Below are positions 1 to 9,330 of a DNA stretch of 57,497 bases, one piece after another. Under the pieces are notes generated by a model that saw nothing but the letters and a program-made list of their open reading frames with translations, had not been told where the DNA came from and made no database searches. Each line of letters starts with the position of its first letter. Within the stretch, counting starts at the first letter, position 1. The translations under genes were made by a program, and so were the position numbers. The stretch lies in IMG/VR virus record IMGVR_UViG_3300016474_000496, positions 1 through 57,497 of that record, one strand, 5' to 3'. The DNA comes from a virus (lineage: Duplodnaviria > Caudoviricetes).

Positions 1-10
1 GTAGTCGTAA
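1..10. repeat. 10-bp terminal repeat GTAGTCGTAA (second copy at 57488-57497)
   Basis: First and last 10 nt are identical, indicating a circular or circularly permuted assembly. Confidence 0.9.
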
Positions 11-351
11 TCACAATAAAACCGAGGCACTTCGGTTTGCGTTGAGTCCGGCCAATACTCACGCAGGTACTCATATTTTCGAAGCAGAACAGGCTGCCGA
101 CGCCCCGCGACTGTCAGGTTCATGCTGACTGTTTTGTGCCAACGTGCCGGTTTGTTGATGATAGGATTGCTGGCGGTCATGTTGCTAGTCTGAACGGTCA
201 GGTTACCTAGAAATTTAATCTGACTCGCTATCACCTGCTCAGCTAGGCCGATGAAGGTCGGTATGCGGTCCACAGTGGCCGTGTCGGTACGCTCAAGGTA
301 CTGCTGAATGTCAGTGACCAAGTTGTTGTAGGTCATTGCGTAGGCGGGCAT
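1..351 (-). CDS. 5' part of head-tail adaptor-like protein that continues across the contig junction into 57497-57216
   Basis: Not in the ORF track. ATG at 351 overlaps the upstream TGA and reads MPAYAMTYNNLVTDIQQYLERTD...PRFYCDYDY, open to base 1. Lies directly upstream of the tail/nozzle genes once circularised. Confidence 0.7.
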   Translation of the reverse strand, partial: MPAYAMTYNNLVTDIQQYLERTDTATVDRIPTFIGLAEQVIASQIKFLGNLTVQTSNMTASNPIINKPARWHKTVSMNLTVAGRRQPVLLRKYEYLREYWPDSTQTEVPRFYCDYDY

Positions 352-515
352 CACCAGCTCCTTTTAGCCTTAGCGCCGGCCATGTTTGCGACTAGCGAAG
401 GGTACTTAGTGCCGGTGCGTTTGGCGAACGCCTTGGCGGCTCGTTTCTGATTCGGACTCAGAGACTTGGACTCGCCGAGTGACTTGGGCCGTGGTTTTTC
501 CCATACCTCTTTCAT
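351..515 (-). CDS. small basic hypothetical protein (54 aa)
   Basis: Hand-translated MKEVWEKPRPKSLGESKSLSPNQKRAAKAFAKRTGTKYPSLVANMAGAKAKRSW. Preceded by GAGGA; fills the gap between endolysin and adaptor. Confidence 0.7.
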   Translation of the reverse strand: MKEVWEKPRPKSLGESKSLSPNQKRAAKAFAKRTGTKYPSLVANMAGAKAKRSW

Positions 516-522
516 AGCTTCC

Positions 523-984
523 TCACCCCATTAGGTTGCATTCGGCTTGACGTCTGAGGACTAAGCCGCGTAACACTTTACCACCCCCACGCACCCAGAG
601 TCCGAGCTGCTCTTTTGCGCCTTCCCAGTCTTGAGCGTTTATTTTACGCCTCAAAGTCGAGGTTTGTAAGCGCCCCACCCCTAGATTATAGCAGAAATCT
701 ACTATTGCATTTAACTTTCCCCAATCTTTCTTTTGAATCGCGAGGGTCAACAATATCGGGCATAGTCGAATTACCCCCGGCGCGTAGGTGTGAACTAATT
801 CGTGCATCAACAGCTGCTCGGCGTATTCACGCGTTATCGGAGGGTCGTCCTTAGTGACCCGGTCGCCGCTTTGGTAGTAGGTCGACCCATACCCAATGGT
901 CCACACACCTGCCGGACAAAGATAAGGCTTCGCAGAGAAGCCTTCAAAGCGCCGGCACAGTTCGGCTGAAAGATCGAGCTTCAC
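523..984 (-). CDS. endolysin, GH24 phage lysozyme
   Basis: FEGFSAKPYLCPAGVWTIGYGST (E-x8-C-x5-T triad), FCYNLGVG, and C-terminal GGKVLRGLVLRRQAE. Confidence 0.93.
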   Translation of the reverse strand: MKLDLSAELCRRFEGFSAKPYLCPAGVWTIGYGSTYYQSGDRVTKDDPPITREYAEQLLMHELVHTYAPGVIRLCPILLTLAIQKKDWGKLNAIVDFCYNLGVGRLQTSTLRRKINAQDWEGAKEQLGLWVRGGGKVLRGLVLRRQAECNLMG

Positions 985-1478
985 GCAAGCCCTCTAGCCT
1001 TCAGAGTGCGATCAAGAAACCAGTAGTTGAAGGTGCCTGCAACAAGCGCAGCAAAGTCAGGTGACATGATCATCTTGAAGACTTCCTGCACAGGCAGACC
1101 TTCACGCGAGGCGATGATCGCAAACCAAATGTGCGAAGCCGACCAAATGGCTAAAATCCAATAAGTAACGACGGGTCGAACCGAGGCTGATAACGAAGCT
1201 ACCCAGCCGCCGGCTGCTTTGGCCATTTCAGTCTGAGAATTGATTGCAGCTTCAAATGCTGCCATGACACCTGTGTCAATCGCCTTGTCGCGTTCGGCCC
1301 CGATCTCGGCAAGCTTCATTTCGCCGCGAATCTGCTCGAGTTCACACTGGCGGTTGAACATGGAAAGCTCATGCTGCCGCTCGTTCTTGCGGTCCAAGAA
1401 CTTTAAGACTTCAGGTGCTAGTCGAAATAGACCGCCGAAAATCGTGCCAAACAAACCACCACCAATGATGTCTAGCAT
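981..1478 (-). CDS. holin-like membrane protein (GTA 3TM-holin-like)
   Basis: Hydrophobic N-terminus, W...LSASVRPVVTY followed by TM segments and FNYWFLDRTL; adjacent to the endolysin. Confidence 0.6.
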   Translation of the reverse strand: MLDIIGGGLFGTIFGGLFRLAPEVLKFLDRKNERQHELSMFNRQCELEQIRGEMKLAEIGAERDKAIDTGVMAAFEAAINSQTEMAKAAGGWVASLSASVRPVVTYWILAIWSASHIWFAIIASREGLPVQEVFKMIMSPDFAALVAGTFNYWFLDRTLKARGLA

Positions 1479-1676
1479 TTAGATACCCAAGATCTTCTTA
1501 ACGAACATAGCCGCGACACCTGGACCAAGCAAGACGGCAGCGATCGTAATGTAAAGCAGCCATTCAATATGCTTCATGCGCCTGCTACCGTCGCCGAGGC
1601 GTTTCTCGATATTCTCGTAGCGTTGGGCGCAAATCGCTTCATGCACCGATAAGCGCTTGTCCAGGTCGTCGCTCAT
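1479..1676 (-). CDS. small coiled-coil plus TM protein in lysis cassette (XhlA/holin-like)
   Basis: HEAICAQRY..IEKRL coiled coil, then one C-terminal hydrophobic helix. Confidence 0.55.
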   Translation of the reverse strand: MSDDLDKRLSVHEAICAQRYENIEKRLGDGSRRMKHIEWLLYITIAAVLLGPGVAAMFVKKILGI

Positions 1677-1841
1677 TTAAGCCGCCTCTTGTTCCTCGGT
1701 AGGTACTTCTTGCAATGGGGTCATGGGTGGCTTTGCAGCCTCCTTCATGCCGTCGATTAGTTGGTAGACCTCTTGGTACGGGCGAGTGCCCAGGTAGCCA
1801 ATAATCTGGTTAGCTAGTTCCATAGGTAGGTGTAACTTCAT
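1677..1841 (-). CDS. hypothetical protein (54 aa)
   Basis: ATGA overlap with the upstream gene; MKLHLPMELANQIIGYLGTRPYQEV. Confidence 0.6.
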   Translation of the reverse strand: MKLHLPMELANQIIGYLGTRPYQEVYQLIDGMKEAAKPPMTPLQEVPTEEQEAA

Positions 1842-2095
1842 TTTGGCTCTTCCCCTTGTGGGTAACAAATAGACGCAATACCGTTCTCATCAATAACCCA
1901 CGAATTATTTCCAGGAGTAACGCTTCCATCTAGTTCAATAATAAAAGCGGCATATACCTCCCCTGGAATAGCGATCATACCCTCCGGGGGATCGTAATCA
2001 GATATGGAATTTACATAGATTACGCCATGGGTGTGCAAGATTATTTGACGACCGTCAGTCATTTTGGCCGTACTAGCTAACGTAATTTTTTCCAT
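1838..2095 (-). CDS. hypothetical protein, possible tail-fibre assembly factor
   Basis: 85-aa ORF immediately after the glycine-rich fibre gene; function inferred from position only. Confidence 0.45.
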   Translation of the reverse strand: MEKITLASTAKMTDGRQIILHTHGVIYVNSISDYDPPEGMIAIPGEVYAAFIIELDGSVTPGNNSWVIDENGIASICYPQGEEPK

Positions 2096-2096
2096 G

Positions 2097-2930
2097 CTAA
2101 AACTCCACTATTACAAGCCCATCCGCCCCGGCCCCATACCCACCACCACCGCCGCCTGGAAAGCCACCTGTGACTGGAAAATAGTTTGCATTAGTGGAAT
2201 TAACATATCCGCCACCACCACCATTAATTCCAGCTTGGTAGTACCCACCCCCAGGACCGGCTCCCAAGAAATCTATAGAGAAAAAAGGCATTGTTGAAAC
2301 AGGCGGAAATGAATTAAAGCCTGACGCCGCAGTTGGGTTGAAACCTCTGCCGCCAGTACCGAACATACCATTGCCACCATACGTCCCCTCTGCCGCACCA
2401 CCCCCACCGCCGGACGAACCAGAGCTTGGTATATAAGCATCAGCTACTGTTCCGACGCCGTTGTAAAAAGACGAATTACCACCCGGTCCAAATAAGTTCG
2501 CCGCGCCCCCTCCGCCACCTACACCGCTGCCGGTGCCGCCTTGATAAACAATATCACCATAACCGCCGAGAGGAACGCTATATTGCACTTGAGGCCCCCC
2601 GCCTTGCGCGAAAACATAGTCTCCAAACATGCTGTTTGTGCCTATTTGGTCAATGCTATTGGCCATCACTATTTTCACTGAAACACCGACCTGTACAGCT
2701 ACCGACGTAACATCGCCAAGGTCGTAAATGGTTTTCATGGCAAAGCCTCCGCCCGATCCGCCTCCGGGTGCGCTAACATACCCGCCGCCAGCCCCCCACA
2801 TTCGAACTCTTACAGCGTTAATTCCCGGCGGGCGATACCAAGTACCAGACTTCGCGAACATTCGAACTTGACCCGTTCCAAATGTTCCTGTTATTGGATT
2901 GTTCGCAGTGGAAATAATAGGAATAGTCAT
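2097..2930 (-). CDS. glycine-rich tail fibre/receptor-binding protein
   Basis: FAKSGTWYRPPGINAVRVRMWGAGGG...GGGSGGGF and C-terminal GAGADGLVIVEF, typical of phage Gly-rich fibre domains. Confidence 0.65.
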   Translation of the reverse strand: MTIPIISTANNPITGTFGTGQVRMFAKSGTWYRPPGINAVRVRMWGAGGGYVSAPGGGSGGGFAMKTIYDLGDVTSVAVQVGVSVKIVMANSIDQIGTNSMFGDYVFAQGGGPQVQYSVPLGGYGDIVYQGGTGSGVGGGGGAANLFGPGGNSSFYNGVGTVADAYIPSSGSSGGGGGAAEGTYGGNGMFGTGGRGFNPTAASGFNSFPPVSTMPFFSIDFLGAGPGGGYYQAGINGGGGGYVNSTNANYFPVTGGFPGGGGGGYGAGADGLVIVEF

Positions 2931-4813
2931 TCTTCGACTCCTTGTAACGTGACATTTCTTCCTGACACTCGACCCCTTTGACCCAGAGTGCCGTAACCGC
3001 CTGTATCGTATGAAAAGCTTAAAGAATTTGAAACGGACGGATAGGATGAATTCAGGGTTGCCTCGCCGTTAATAATTACTTGACCTGTTGCACCCGCAGC
3101 CGCTGATGTTACAGCAACGCCTAACAAGTAATAACCATAATCAGGCGAATAACGCTTTCCATAAAGCAATGTGGAACCATTTGTAGCGGTTAGATTGCTC
3201 ACCGTCGACAAATATAAATAATTTGATGCGTTTTGATATACAAGACCATAAAGCCGATCTCGAAATACATTCAATGAAGGGGTTTGATTATTAATAACAC
3301 TATTAGTGGTCGACAAATCTGTCATAAATCCGTTTAATGGTGTAGAGTCTTGAAATTGATCCAACAGCAGCCATTTATATAATGTGGAATTACTACTGGT
3401 ACTGGCTGAAAGCGGGTACTTCCCGATAGCCATATTGTTTCCTGAAGAATACGTTACATAATTGCCAGCACCGCTATACACCATAAAATTATTAAACATA
3501 GGATGCACTGCGAAATTTTTACTATAATTTCGAGAGTTATTGCCACCTAGGTTACTAGTAGATTCATTAACCAGAGTGGCACTTACAGGTCCAGGGTTGC
3601 CACCATATATATCTCTGCGCGGAAAAACAGAATAAACAGCAGTGGTTTGTGTCGCGTTAGCTACAAAACTTGACCCATTAGGAAATGGCATTGGGACCAT
3701 AGCCGTCCCAATATCATAGGGGCTGCCAGTTATCCCATAAGAAACCCAGCTATTAGTAACGCCACCTACAAGAGGGTTTGGAGAGTTAGAAAAGCTTAGG
3801 GTCGCAAACCTTGCCTTATTCACCATGAAACACATTAAATACTGAGCCCCGGCCGCTGTTTTTTGCATAATAGCTGCCATCGAATGACCAGAATGTTGAT
3901 TGGGAAAAGTGGTAACGACCATATCGATCAAATCGTTTCTGGCACCATTGCTGGGAGTAGCGCCTATCGTTAAATACCCATATTTATTATTAGTTGGGCC
4001 CAAGCGCATACTTATGCCGTCCGCACGATTAGACCTCCCCCATACTGCTATGCTCATGTTTGTAGTGCCGCTGTTGACAGGTCCACCCACTATCAAAACG
4101 TCTGTACCACTTAAATTAGCCATCCTCACCGCAAATGGGGTGTTAGGAAAATAATAGCTTAGATAAGTAGCATTGGAGGCGAATTCCTCTAATACGGTGC
4201 CCGAGTCATCATAAAGTCTCCAATAAATACCTTGAACAGAGCTATCTGACCAAGCGACTAAAAATCCAACATCCGGAATTGTTATAACATCGAAACTACA
4301 AATCGGAGCCGGAGAAGCGGCGCCAAACGTAGTGGTTCTAATACTTGTTGTTACTGTCGTAGCGGCTACGACGCTTGATCCTGAGCTTGTGCTAATGATG
4401 AATTTTAATGTCGATGTAGTGGCCGATGGGTTATAAAGAACCACTAAATTACCATTTGTTAAAACGCATGTCCGCCAGTTTTTTACAGCCTCGGCGTTGA
4501 GGGCTACATTGTTAGTTACGACCGCCCCCTCCGTTACCGTAGTTCCAGTATAGGTACCGTAATCCTGCATAGGACCATAAGAAACAGATTCTGCGGATTG
4601 CGCACTTTTCCCGGTAGATTTTTTGTCCCACCCGCAATAGGTCAGATCTTCGCCAAGGTAGCCATAGGTCCCTTTGCTGCCTACCGTGCCATCCGGGTGG
4701 AGATACACATAATCCCCAGCGTTGTAGCCTCGGCTCGTATAAACAGGGACAGTAACTTGCGACCCTAGACCAACGCGGCCAGGACGGATTATTTCGCTCA
4801 AGACTCTTGACAT
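2927..4813 (-). CDS. putative receptor-binding / tail accessory protein (628 aa)
   Basis: S/T/N/G-rich beta-type sequence; C-terminal LGVAVTSAAAGATGQV; AT-rich DNA; located in the tail fibre block. Confidence 0.5.
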   Translation of the reverse strand: MSRVLSEIIRPGRVGLGSQVTVPVYTSRGYNAGDYVYLHPDGTVGSKGTYGYLGEDLTYCGWDKKSTGKSAQSAESVSYGPMQDYGTYTGTTVTEGAVVTNNVALNAEAVKNWRTCVLTNGNLVVLYNPSATTSTLKFIISTSSGSSVVAATTVTTSIRTTTFGAASPAPICSFDVITIPDVGFLVAWSDSSVQGIYWRLYDDSGTVLEEFASNATYLSYYFPNTPFAVRMANLSGTDVLIVGGPVNSGTTNMSIAVWGRSNRADGISMRLGPTNNKYGYLTIGATPSNGARNDLIDMVVTTFPNQHSGHSMAAIMQKTAAGAQYLMCFMVNKARFATLSFSNSPNPLVGGVTNSWVSYGITGSPYDIGTAMVPMPFPNGSSFVANATQTTAVYSVFPRRDIYGGNPGPVSATLVNESTSNLGGNNSRNYSKNFAVHPMFNNFMVYSGAGNYVTYSSGNNMAIGKYPLSASTSSNSTLYKWLLLDQFQDSTPLNGFMTDLSTTNSVINNQTPSLNVFRDRLYGLVYQNASNYLYLSTVSNLTATNGSTLLYGKRYSPDYGYYLLGVAVTSAAAGATGQVIINGEATLNSSYPSVSNSLSFSYDTGGYGTLGQRGRVSGRNVTLQGVEE

Positions 4814-4822
4814 GGCTTTTCC

Positions 4823-5134
4823 TTATTGCTCGAAACCATAAACGGAAACGGCGCAGTTCGCGGTTGTGCAATTAACCACGACCTGCTTTGTAGCTTGCGC
4901 CACACTAACGGCACGTTCCAACACACCGAAACCGGGGATGATCGTATTGTTCTCAATCCATTCGGCAGCGGAAGGCGTTCCCGTTGCTGCTACAGCGACT
5001 TTTGCGGCAACCGGAGTACCCCCGGTGTTAAACACGCTAATCGTAAACGAGGCCGTAGTAGATGCAGGAACGGTATAGACCGTGGTGTTTGTATTAGCGG
5101 CAGGATTGGACTGCCCGAGAATGCCTGATGCCAT
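4823..5134 (-). CDS. small virion structural protein (103 aa)
   Basis: TTVYTVPASTTA...VSVYGFE beta-sandwich-type sequence; RBS GAGG; located between fibre genes. Confidence 0.55.
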   Translation of the reverse strand: MASGILGQSNPAANTNTTVYTVPASTTASFTISVFNTGGTPVAAKVAVAATGTPSAAEWIENNTIIPGFGVLERAVSVAQATKQVVVNCTTANCAVSVYGFEQ

Positions 5135-5143
5135 GATGACCTC

Positions 5144-5752
5144 TTATGATTGACCGAAGAAGTAGGCCAAGGGGATGCTTGCAGACGTACCGCCCGAAGC
5201 GCTTAATGTACCGCCTACAAAGGATAGACCGGTACCTACCGTTACAGCTTGCATACTTGAACCATTACCGTAAATAATGCCGTTGACCGTAGTCGTCAAT
5301 GTTAACGCAGGCGTAGCGCCGCCAGAACTAGTGCCAGCGAAACCATTCGCTGAAGTAACTGAAATAGCGGTTACCGTTCCACCCGTACCCGTTGCGGTTA
5401 GAGTACCACCAACGAAACTCACGCCCGTTCCAATAGTAACGGCTTGCATACTGGTGCCATTACCGTATATGATACCGTTCACCGAAGTTGTGAGTGTGAT
5501 TGCCGGGGTTGAGGTCGCGGTGGCCTGGGCAACCGTCCCGGCAAATCCATTGGCCGACGCTACAGACACCGAAAGCTTGTCGGTGAGCAGCCTGACCGTC
5601 CCTGCGTTGTCTTTGTAATACAGCTTCCCATCGGTGTAGTTTAGTGCGAGTTCAGCGCCATTAGCGGACGATGTCAGGTTTGCCGCTGCTGGAACTGCAG
5701 ATGCGGTGCTGCTACCGTAAAGAAGTATTGGGGTGTAACCTGATTGTGACAT
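5144..5752 (-). CDS. tail fibre connector protein with internal duplication
   Basis: N-terminal AELALNYTDGKLYYKD motif; two copies of S.SANGFAGT...TPA.TLTT.VNGIIYGNG.SMQAVT.GTG.SFVGGTL. Confidence 0.6.
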   Translation of the reverse strand: MSQSGYTPILLYGSSTASAVPAAANLTSSANGAELALNYTDGKLYYKDNAGTVRLLTDKLSVSVASANGFAGTVAQATATSTPAITLTTSVNGIIYGNGTSMQAVTIGTGVSFVGGTLTATGTGGTVTAISVTSANGFAGTSSGGATPALTLTTTVNGIIYGNGSSMQAVTVGTGLSFVGGTLSASGGTSASIPLAYFFGQS

Positions 5753-8700
5753 TAAAATGCCCCTCCGGCGATACCAGCCGTCATTTTGCCAGTTGATGGG
5801 TTCGCTGTCAAGCCGGACGATACCTGCGCGGCCTGATTACCACTGGTGGCTGCGACCAGCGTGAAATAGTAGTTAGCATTTGTGACGTTGGCAGTTGTGC
5901 CAATATTCGTAGCATTTGTGGCCGTCGTGGCTGTTGTAGCCGTAGCGGCGTTACCGCCTATAGAAAGGCTAGCAGCAGTCCCGGTCAATCCCGTTCCGGG
6001 TCCGGTGAATTGCGTGGAAGCGGTGACCGTAGTTCCAGTGACAGCTGCAGCAGTCGTCGCGCCAATCGTGGTACCATTGATCGAACCACCAGTAATCGCA
6101 ACGCTGTTTGCATTCTGAGTGGCCATTGTACCGAGGCCAGTAATGTCAGAACTGGGAATAGTAGCCGATGCAGTGAAAGCTGAAGTGCCGTTGCCCTTAA
6201 TGTACCCGGTTAAAGTGGTCGCTCCAGATCCACCATTTGCCACCGGCAGCGCAACCCCTGACAATGTGACCGCCAAGGTCCCGCTAGTCATAATCGGGGA
6301 TCCCGTGACTGACAAGAAGGCTGGGACCGTCATCGCTACCGAAGTGACCGTACCACCAGCAGCCGGGGTAGCTGAAACCGTAATGCCCCCCGCTGTGTTT
6401 GAAATGGAAACGTTAGTTCCTGCGGTGAGTGTGCTTAACGTGTAACCGGTTCCATTACCGATTAAAAGTTGTCCATTGGTGGGAGTCGCCGTGTTTCCGG
6501 TTCCACCATACCCGACCCCGATTGCAGTACCCTGCCATACACCCGCAGCAAGAGTGCCAACGCCGGTAATACCAGTATAAGAACCAGACAGACGGGCAGC
6601 AGGCAAAGTGCCAGAAGATATATTAGAAGCGTTAGTAGTGTCCGTTGTAGCCGAAGCGGCCAAGCCTGAGACTGCTGCGGCAGCGATGGCAATTGAGGTG
6701 TTCGTGACCGATGTAACGCGTCCATAGGTGTCCACCGCAAAAACAGGTACTTGGGAAGCCGAGCCATAAGTAGCAGCCAAAACACCCGAGGTATTAAGCG
6801 CGATAGTTACCGCAGCCGAGCCGTTGTAGCTTGTTCCGGTAAGGCCCGTCCCTATGGTCAGAGCGTTTGGATTGATCGCTGTTATTGTTCCTGAACTACC
6901 TAGCGATATTGCAATGCCGTTTACGGTCAGTGAACTATTGGTCAGCATCGAATTGCCAAAGGTTCCCGAGGTAACTTGGGAAGCGGCAATTGCGATACTG
7001 GTATTGCTTGCGCTAGTAATCTGCCCTTGAGCGTTGACGGCAATCGTTGGAACTTGAGAGGCAGTTCCGTAAGACGCCGCTGTAACGCCCGTATTGGCAA
7101 TATTGAACGTGTAGGTTGGAGACTCGTTTAGGCCCGTTCCTGGTGAGTAAGTGATCGGCGCATTGAACTGAACAAACGATAGTGCCGTGGTACCAATGGT
7201 GATCGGAAGGGCGGTCTGCTGTACCCAGGCAGTGGACGCCAAGGTGCCCGAGATAACCAGCACATAATCGCCCTGATCAACTTCGTTTGATCCCGTGCCC
7301 GACGTGTCGTAATCGGTTGCTCGAGTCAAGACCCATGGCGTGGCACCCGAACCGACCGAGGTGACGGTATAAACCCCGTTGTAAGGCGCATTGCCTGCCG
7401 TTTCGTTCTTGACTAATACGCGCTGGCCAACGCTAGGAGATCCACCGCCAATTGAAAGCGTTGCATAGGGAACTGACTTGGTGATTGTTGCGCCGACCCC
7501 GGAAACGCCATTGTTGTAAACGTAAGTGCCCAGAACTGCGGTTGTCGCGTAGTTAACAGGTTGGTGGTAATTAAGCCCCGAAGCAATTGAGTCAGCGTAG
7601 TCTTTATTAACAATGTCGGTTGGGTTAACGGGCGTTGTGCTAATCGTCCCCGAGGTTAAGGTGACATTGGTGAACGTGCCTGCCGCTGCCGTCGTAGCCC
7701 CGATCGTCGTGCCATTAATTGACCCGCCGGTGATCGCAACGCTGCTTGCATTTTGCGTGGACATCGTCCCCAGGCCGGAAACCTGGGTGTTGGTGATGGC
7801 AATCGGCGTATCAGCAAGCGCCGTTAACTGGCCTTGCGCGTTAACCGTAGCGGTCAGGGTCTTGGAAGCTGCGCCATAGGAAGCTGCGGTTACCGTTGTA
7901 TTGGCTAGGTTGATCGTTGTGGCTACAGACCCGTTATAAGAGCCTGCGCTAAAACCCGTTCCAAAAGTAAGCGCATTTGGGTTTACCGCAGTGACAGTAC
8001 CCGATCCGCCGAGGCTGATTGTAACACCGTTAACGGTAACCTGGGGATTAGCAATCTGCGCGTTTGTTACCGTTCCTGAAAGGTCCGAGGTCGGAATCGT
8101 CGCTGAAGCCGTAAACGCAGATGCGCCATTTCCTTTTACGTAACCCGTTAATGATGTTGCGCCCGTACCGCCGCTTCCAACCAACAACGTGCCTGACAAC
8201 ACAATGTTGCCGCCCGTTGGCGCATTAGGTAGTAAACCCGTGCTTCCACCACTAAAAGTAGTTACCCCGCCTGTTAATGAAAACTGCTGCCATGACCCCG
8301 ACGTATAACCTTCAAAAGCATTTAGATTTGAATTGTATCTAAACTGCCCATCAGTTCCAACAGGTCTTTGCGCAGTCGAACCGCCAGGCAAGAGCACAGC
8401 CCCAGTGCCTGGAAGTGTAGGATTATTGGCGATTGAAAAAGTAGGATTACCCGCGACGCCATCGCCGTCTACTACAGTTATTTGGTTTGCTGTACCTGTA
8501 AGAAGTCTAAGTCCTGCATTTGTGCCTGAATTTACAAACGCAACTCCAGAGCCTCCAAGATTCGCGAATGACGCGGCCAGGCCCGTCAACGAAATAATAG
8601 GATTAGCGCCTGTTCCATCAGCGTTTGAAACATTAACACCTGCGCCAGACGTTGTTAGCTGCCGCGCAACAACAGTTGAAGCACCCGTTTTAACTATAAA

Positions 8701-8988
8701 ACCTGAACCTGCGGTTTCAAGCGAGCCGGACGCACCATTGAGCGTAATGCGATAGAACGAGGTTGCACCACCATCGGTAAGACCTAGGCCGGTCCCTGTT
8801 GAAAGGTATCGACTGTTCGCTAACGATGGCTCTTGGTTTACCGTCAAAAATGTTTGTGTCTGACTCGGCGTAGCTGAAATGTTTCCCGTCGTAGTCTGAA
8901 CGGTCTGCCCGTTTTGAACAATCGGTACTAGCTCAGCGCCGGTCAGCGCACCTGCGGCGGGTAACTGCGTAATAGTCTGATTAGCCAT
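5752..8988 (-). CDS. long tail fibre protein (1078 aa)
   Basis: N-terminal TITQLPAAGALTGAELVPIVQNG; repeated YG.AS.V...VNAQGQ.T and GLGTM.TQNA.SVAITGGSINGTTIGATTAAA units; G/T/S-rich. Confidence 0.8.
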   Translation of the reverse strand: MANQTITQLPAAGALTGAELVPIVQNGQTVQTTTGNISATPSQTQTFLTVNQEPSLANSRYLSTGTGLGLTDGGATSFYRITLNGASGSLETAGSGFIVKTGASTVVARQLTTSGAGVNVSNADGTGANPIISLTGLAASFANLGGSGVAFVNSGTNAGLRLLTGTANQITVVDGDGVAGNPTFSIANNPTLPGTGAVLLPGGSTAQRPVGTDGQFRYNSNLNAFEGYTSGSWQQFSLTGGVTTFSGGSTGLLPNAPTGGNIVLSGTLLVGSGGTGATSLTGYVKGNGASAFTASATIPTSDLSGTVTNAQIANPQVTVNGVTISLGGSGTVTAVNPNALTFGTGFSAGSYNGSVATTINLANTTVTAASYGAASKTLTATVNAQGQLTALADTPIAITNTQVSGLGTMSTQNASSVAITGGSINGTTIGATTAAAGTFTNVTLTSGTISTTPVNPTDIVNKDYADSIASGLNYHQPVNYATTAVLGTYVYNNGVSGVGATITKSVPYATLSIGGGSPSVGQRVLVKNETAGNAPYNGVYTVTSVGSGATPWVLTRATDYDTSGTGSNEVDQGDYVLVISGTLASTAWVQQTALPITIGTTALSFVQFNAPITYSPGTGLNESPTYTFNIANTGVTAASYGTASQVPTIAVNAQGQITSASNTSIAIAASQVTSGTFGNSMLTNSSLTVNGIAISLGSSGTITAINPNALTIGTGLTGTSYNGSAAVTIALNTSGVLAATYGSASQVPVFAVDTYGRVTSVTNTSIAIAAAAVSGLAASATTDTTNASNISSGTLPAARLSGSYTGITGVGTLAAGVWQGTAIGVGYGGTGNTATPTNGQLLIGNGTGYTLSTLTAGTNVSISNTAGGITVSATPAAGGTVTSVAMTVPAFLSVTGSPIMTSGTLAVTLSGVALPVANGGSGATTLTGYIKGNGTSAFTASATIPSSDITGLGTMATQNANSVAITGGSINGTTIGATTAAAVTGTTVTASTQFTGPGTGLTGTAASLSIGGNAATATTATTATNATNIGTTANVTNANYYFTLVAATSGNQAAQVSSGLTANPSTGKMTAGIAGGAF

Positions 8989-9329
8989 TATGGTGAAATC
9001 GCTATGCCGTCAAGGTTCCCATTGTTTTCGGGCGTCTGGGTATTGCCTTCGGTCGAAAGTATAACGCTTTGTTGATTGTTCGTTACAATATTATTTTGAA
9101 TTGCCGCAACCGAAACATCAGGTCTAGGGAAACGCAAGTTGATGCGCTCGGTTTGCCGTGCTGGCAGGCGATACGGGTCTTTTTGGTCCGCGCAGCCTTC
9201 ATTACATACCCGCAAGCCCGCAAAATTTGGGTCATTCATCAGCACCGAGTATGGACGTTTCATCCGGCAGCGGTCGCAGATCGCAATCGCTAGCGATGAA
9301 TAACCCGTGGTGTCAAGGAAAATAGGCAT
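8988..9329 (-). CDS. Cys-containing structural-region protein (113 aa)
   Basis: ICDRC...VCNEGC.D..DP four-Cys pattern; tightly packed in the operon. Confidence 0.55.
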   Translation of the reverse strand: MPIFLDTTGYSSLAIAICDRCRMKRPYSVLMNDPNFAGLRVCNEGCADQKDPYRLPARQTERINLRFPRPDVSVAAIQNNIVTNNQQSVILSTEGNTQTPENNGNLDGIAISP

Positions 9330-9330
9330 G

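Noticed and set aside
2097-8988. Diversity-generating retroelement or invertible tail cassette
   Set aside because: No reverse transcriptase or invertase; the fibre repeats look like ordinary diverged duplications rather than adenine-specific variants.
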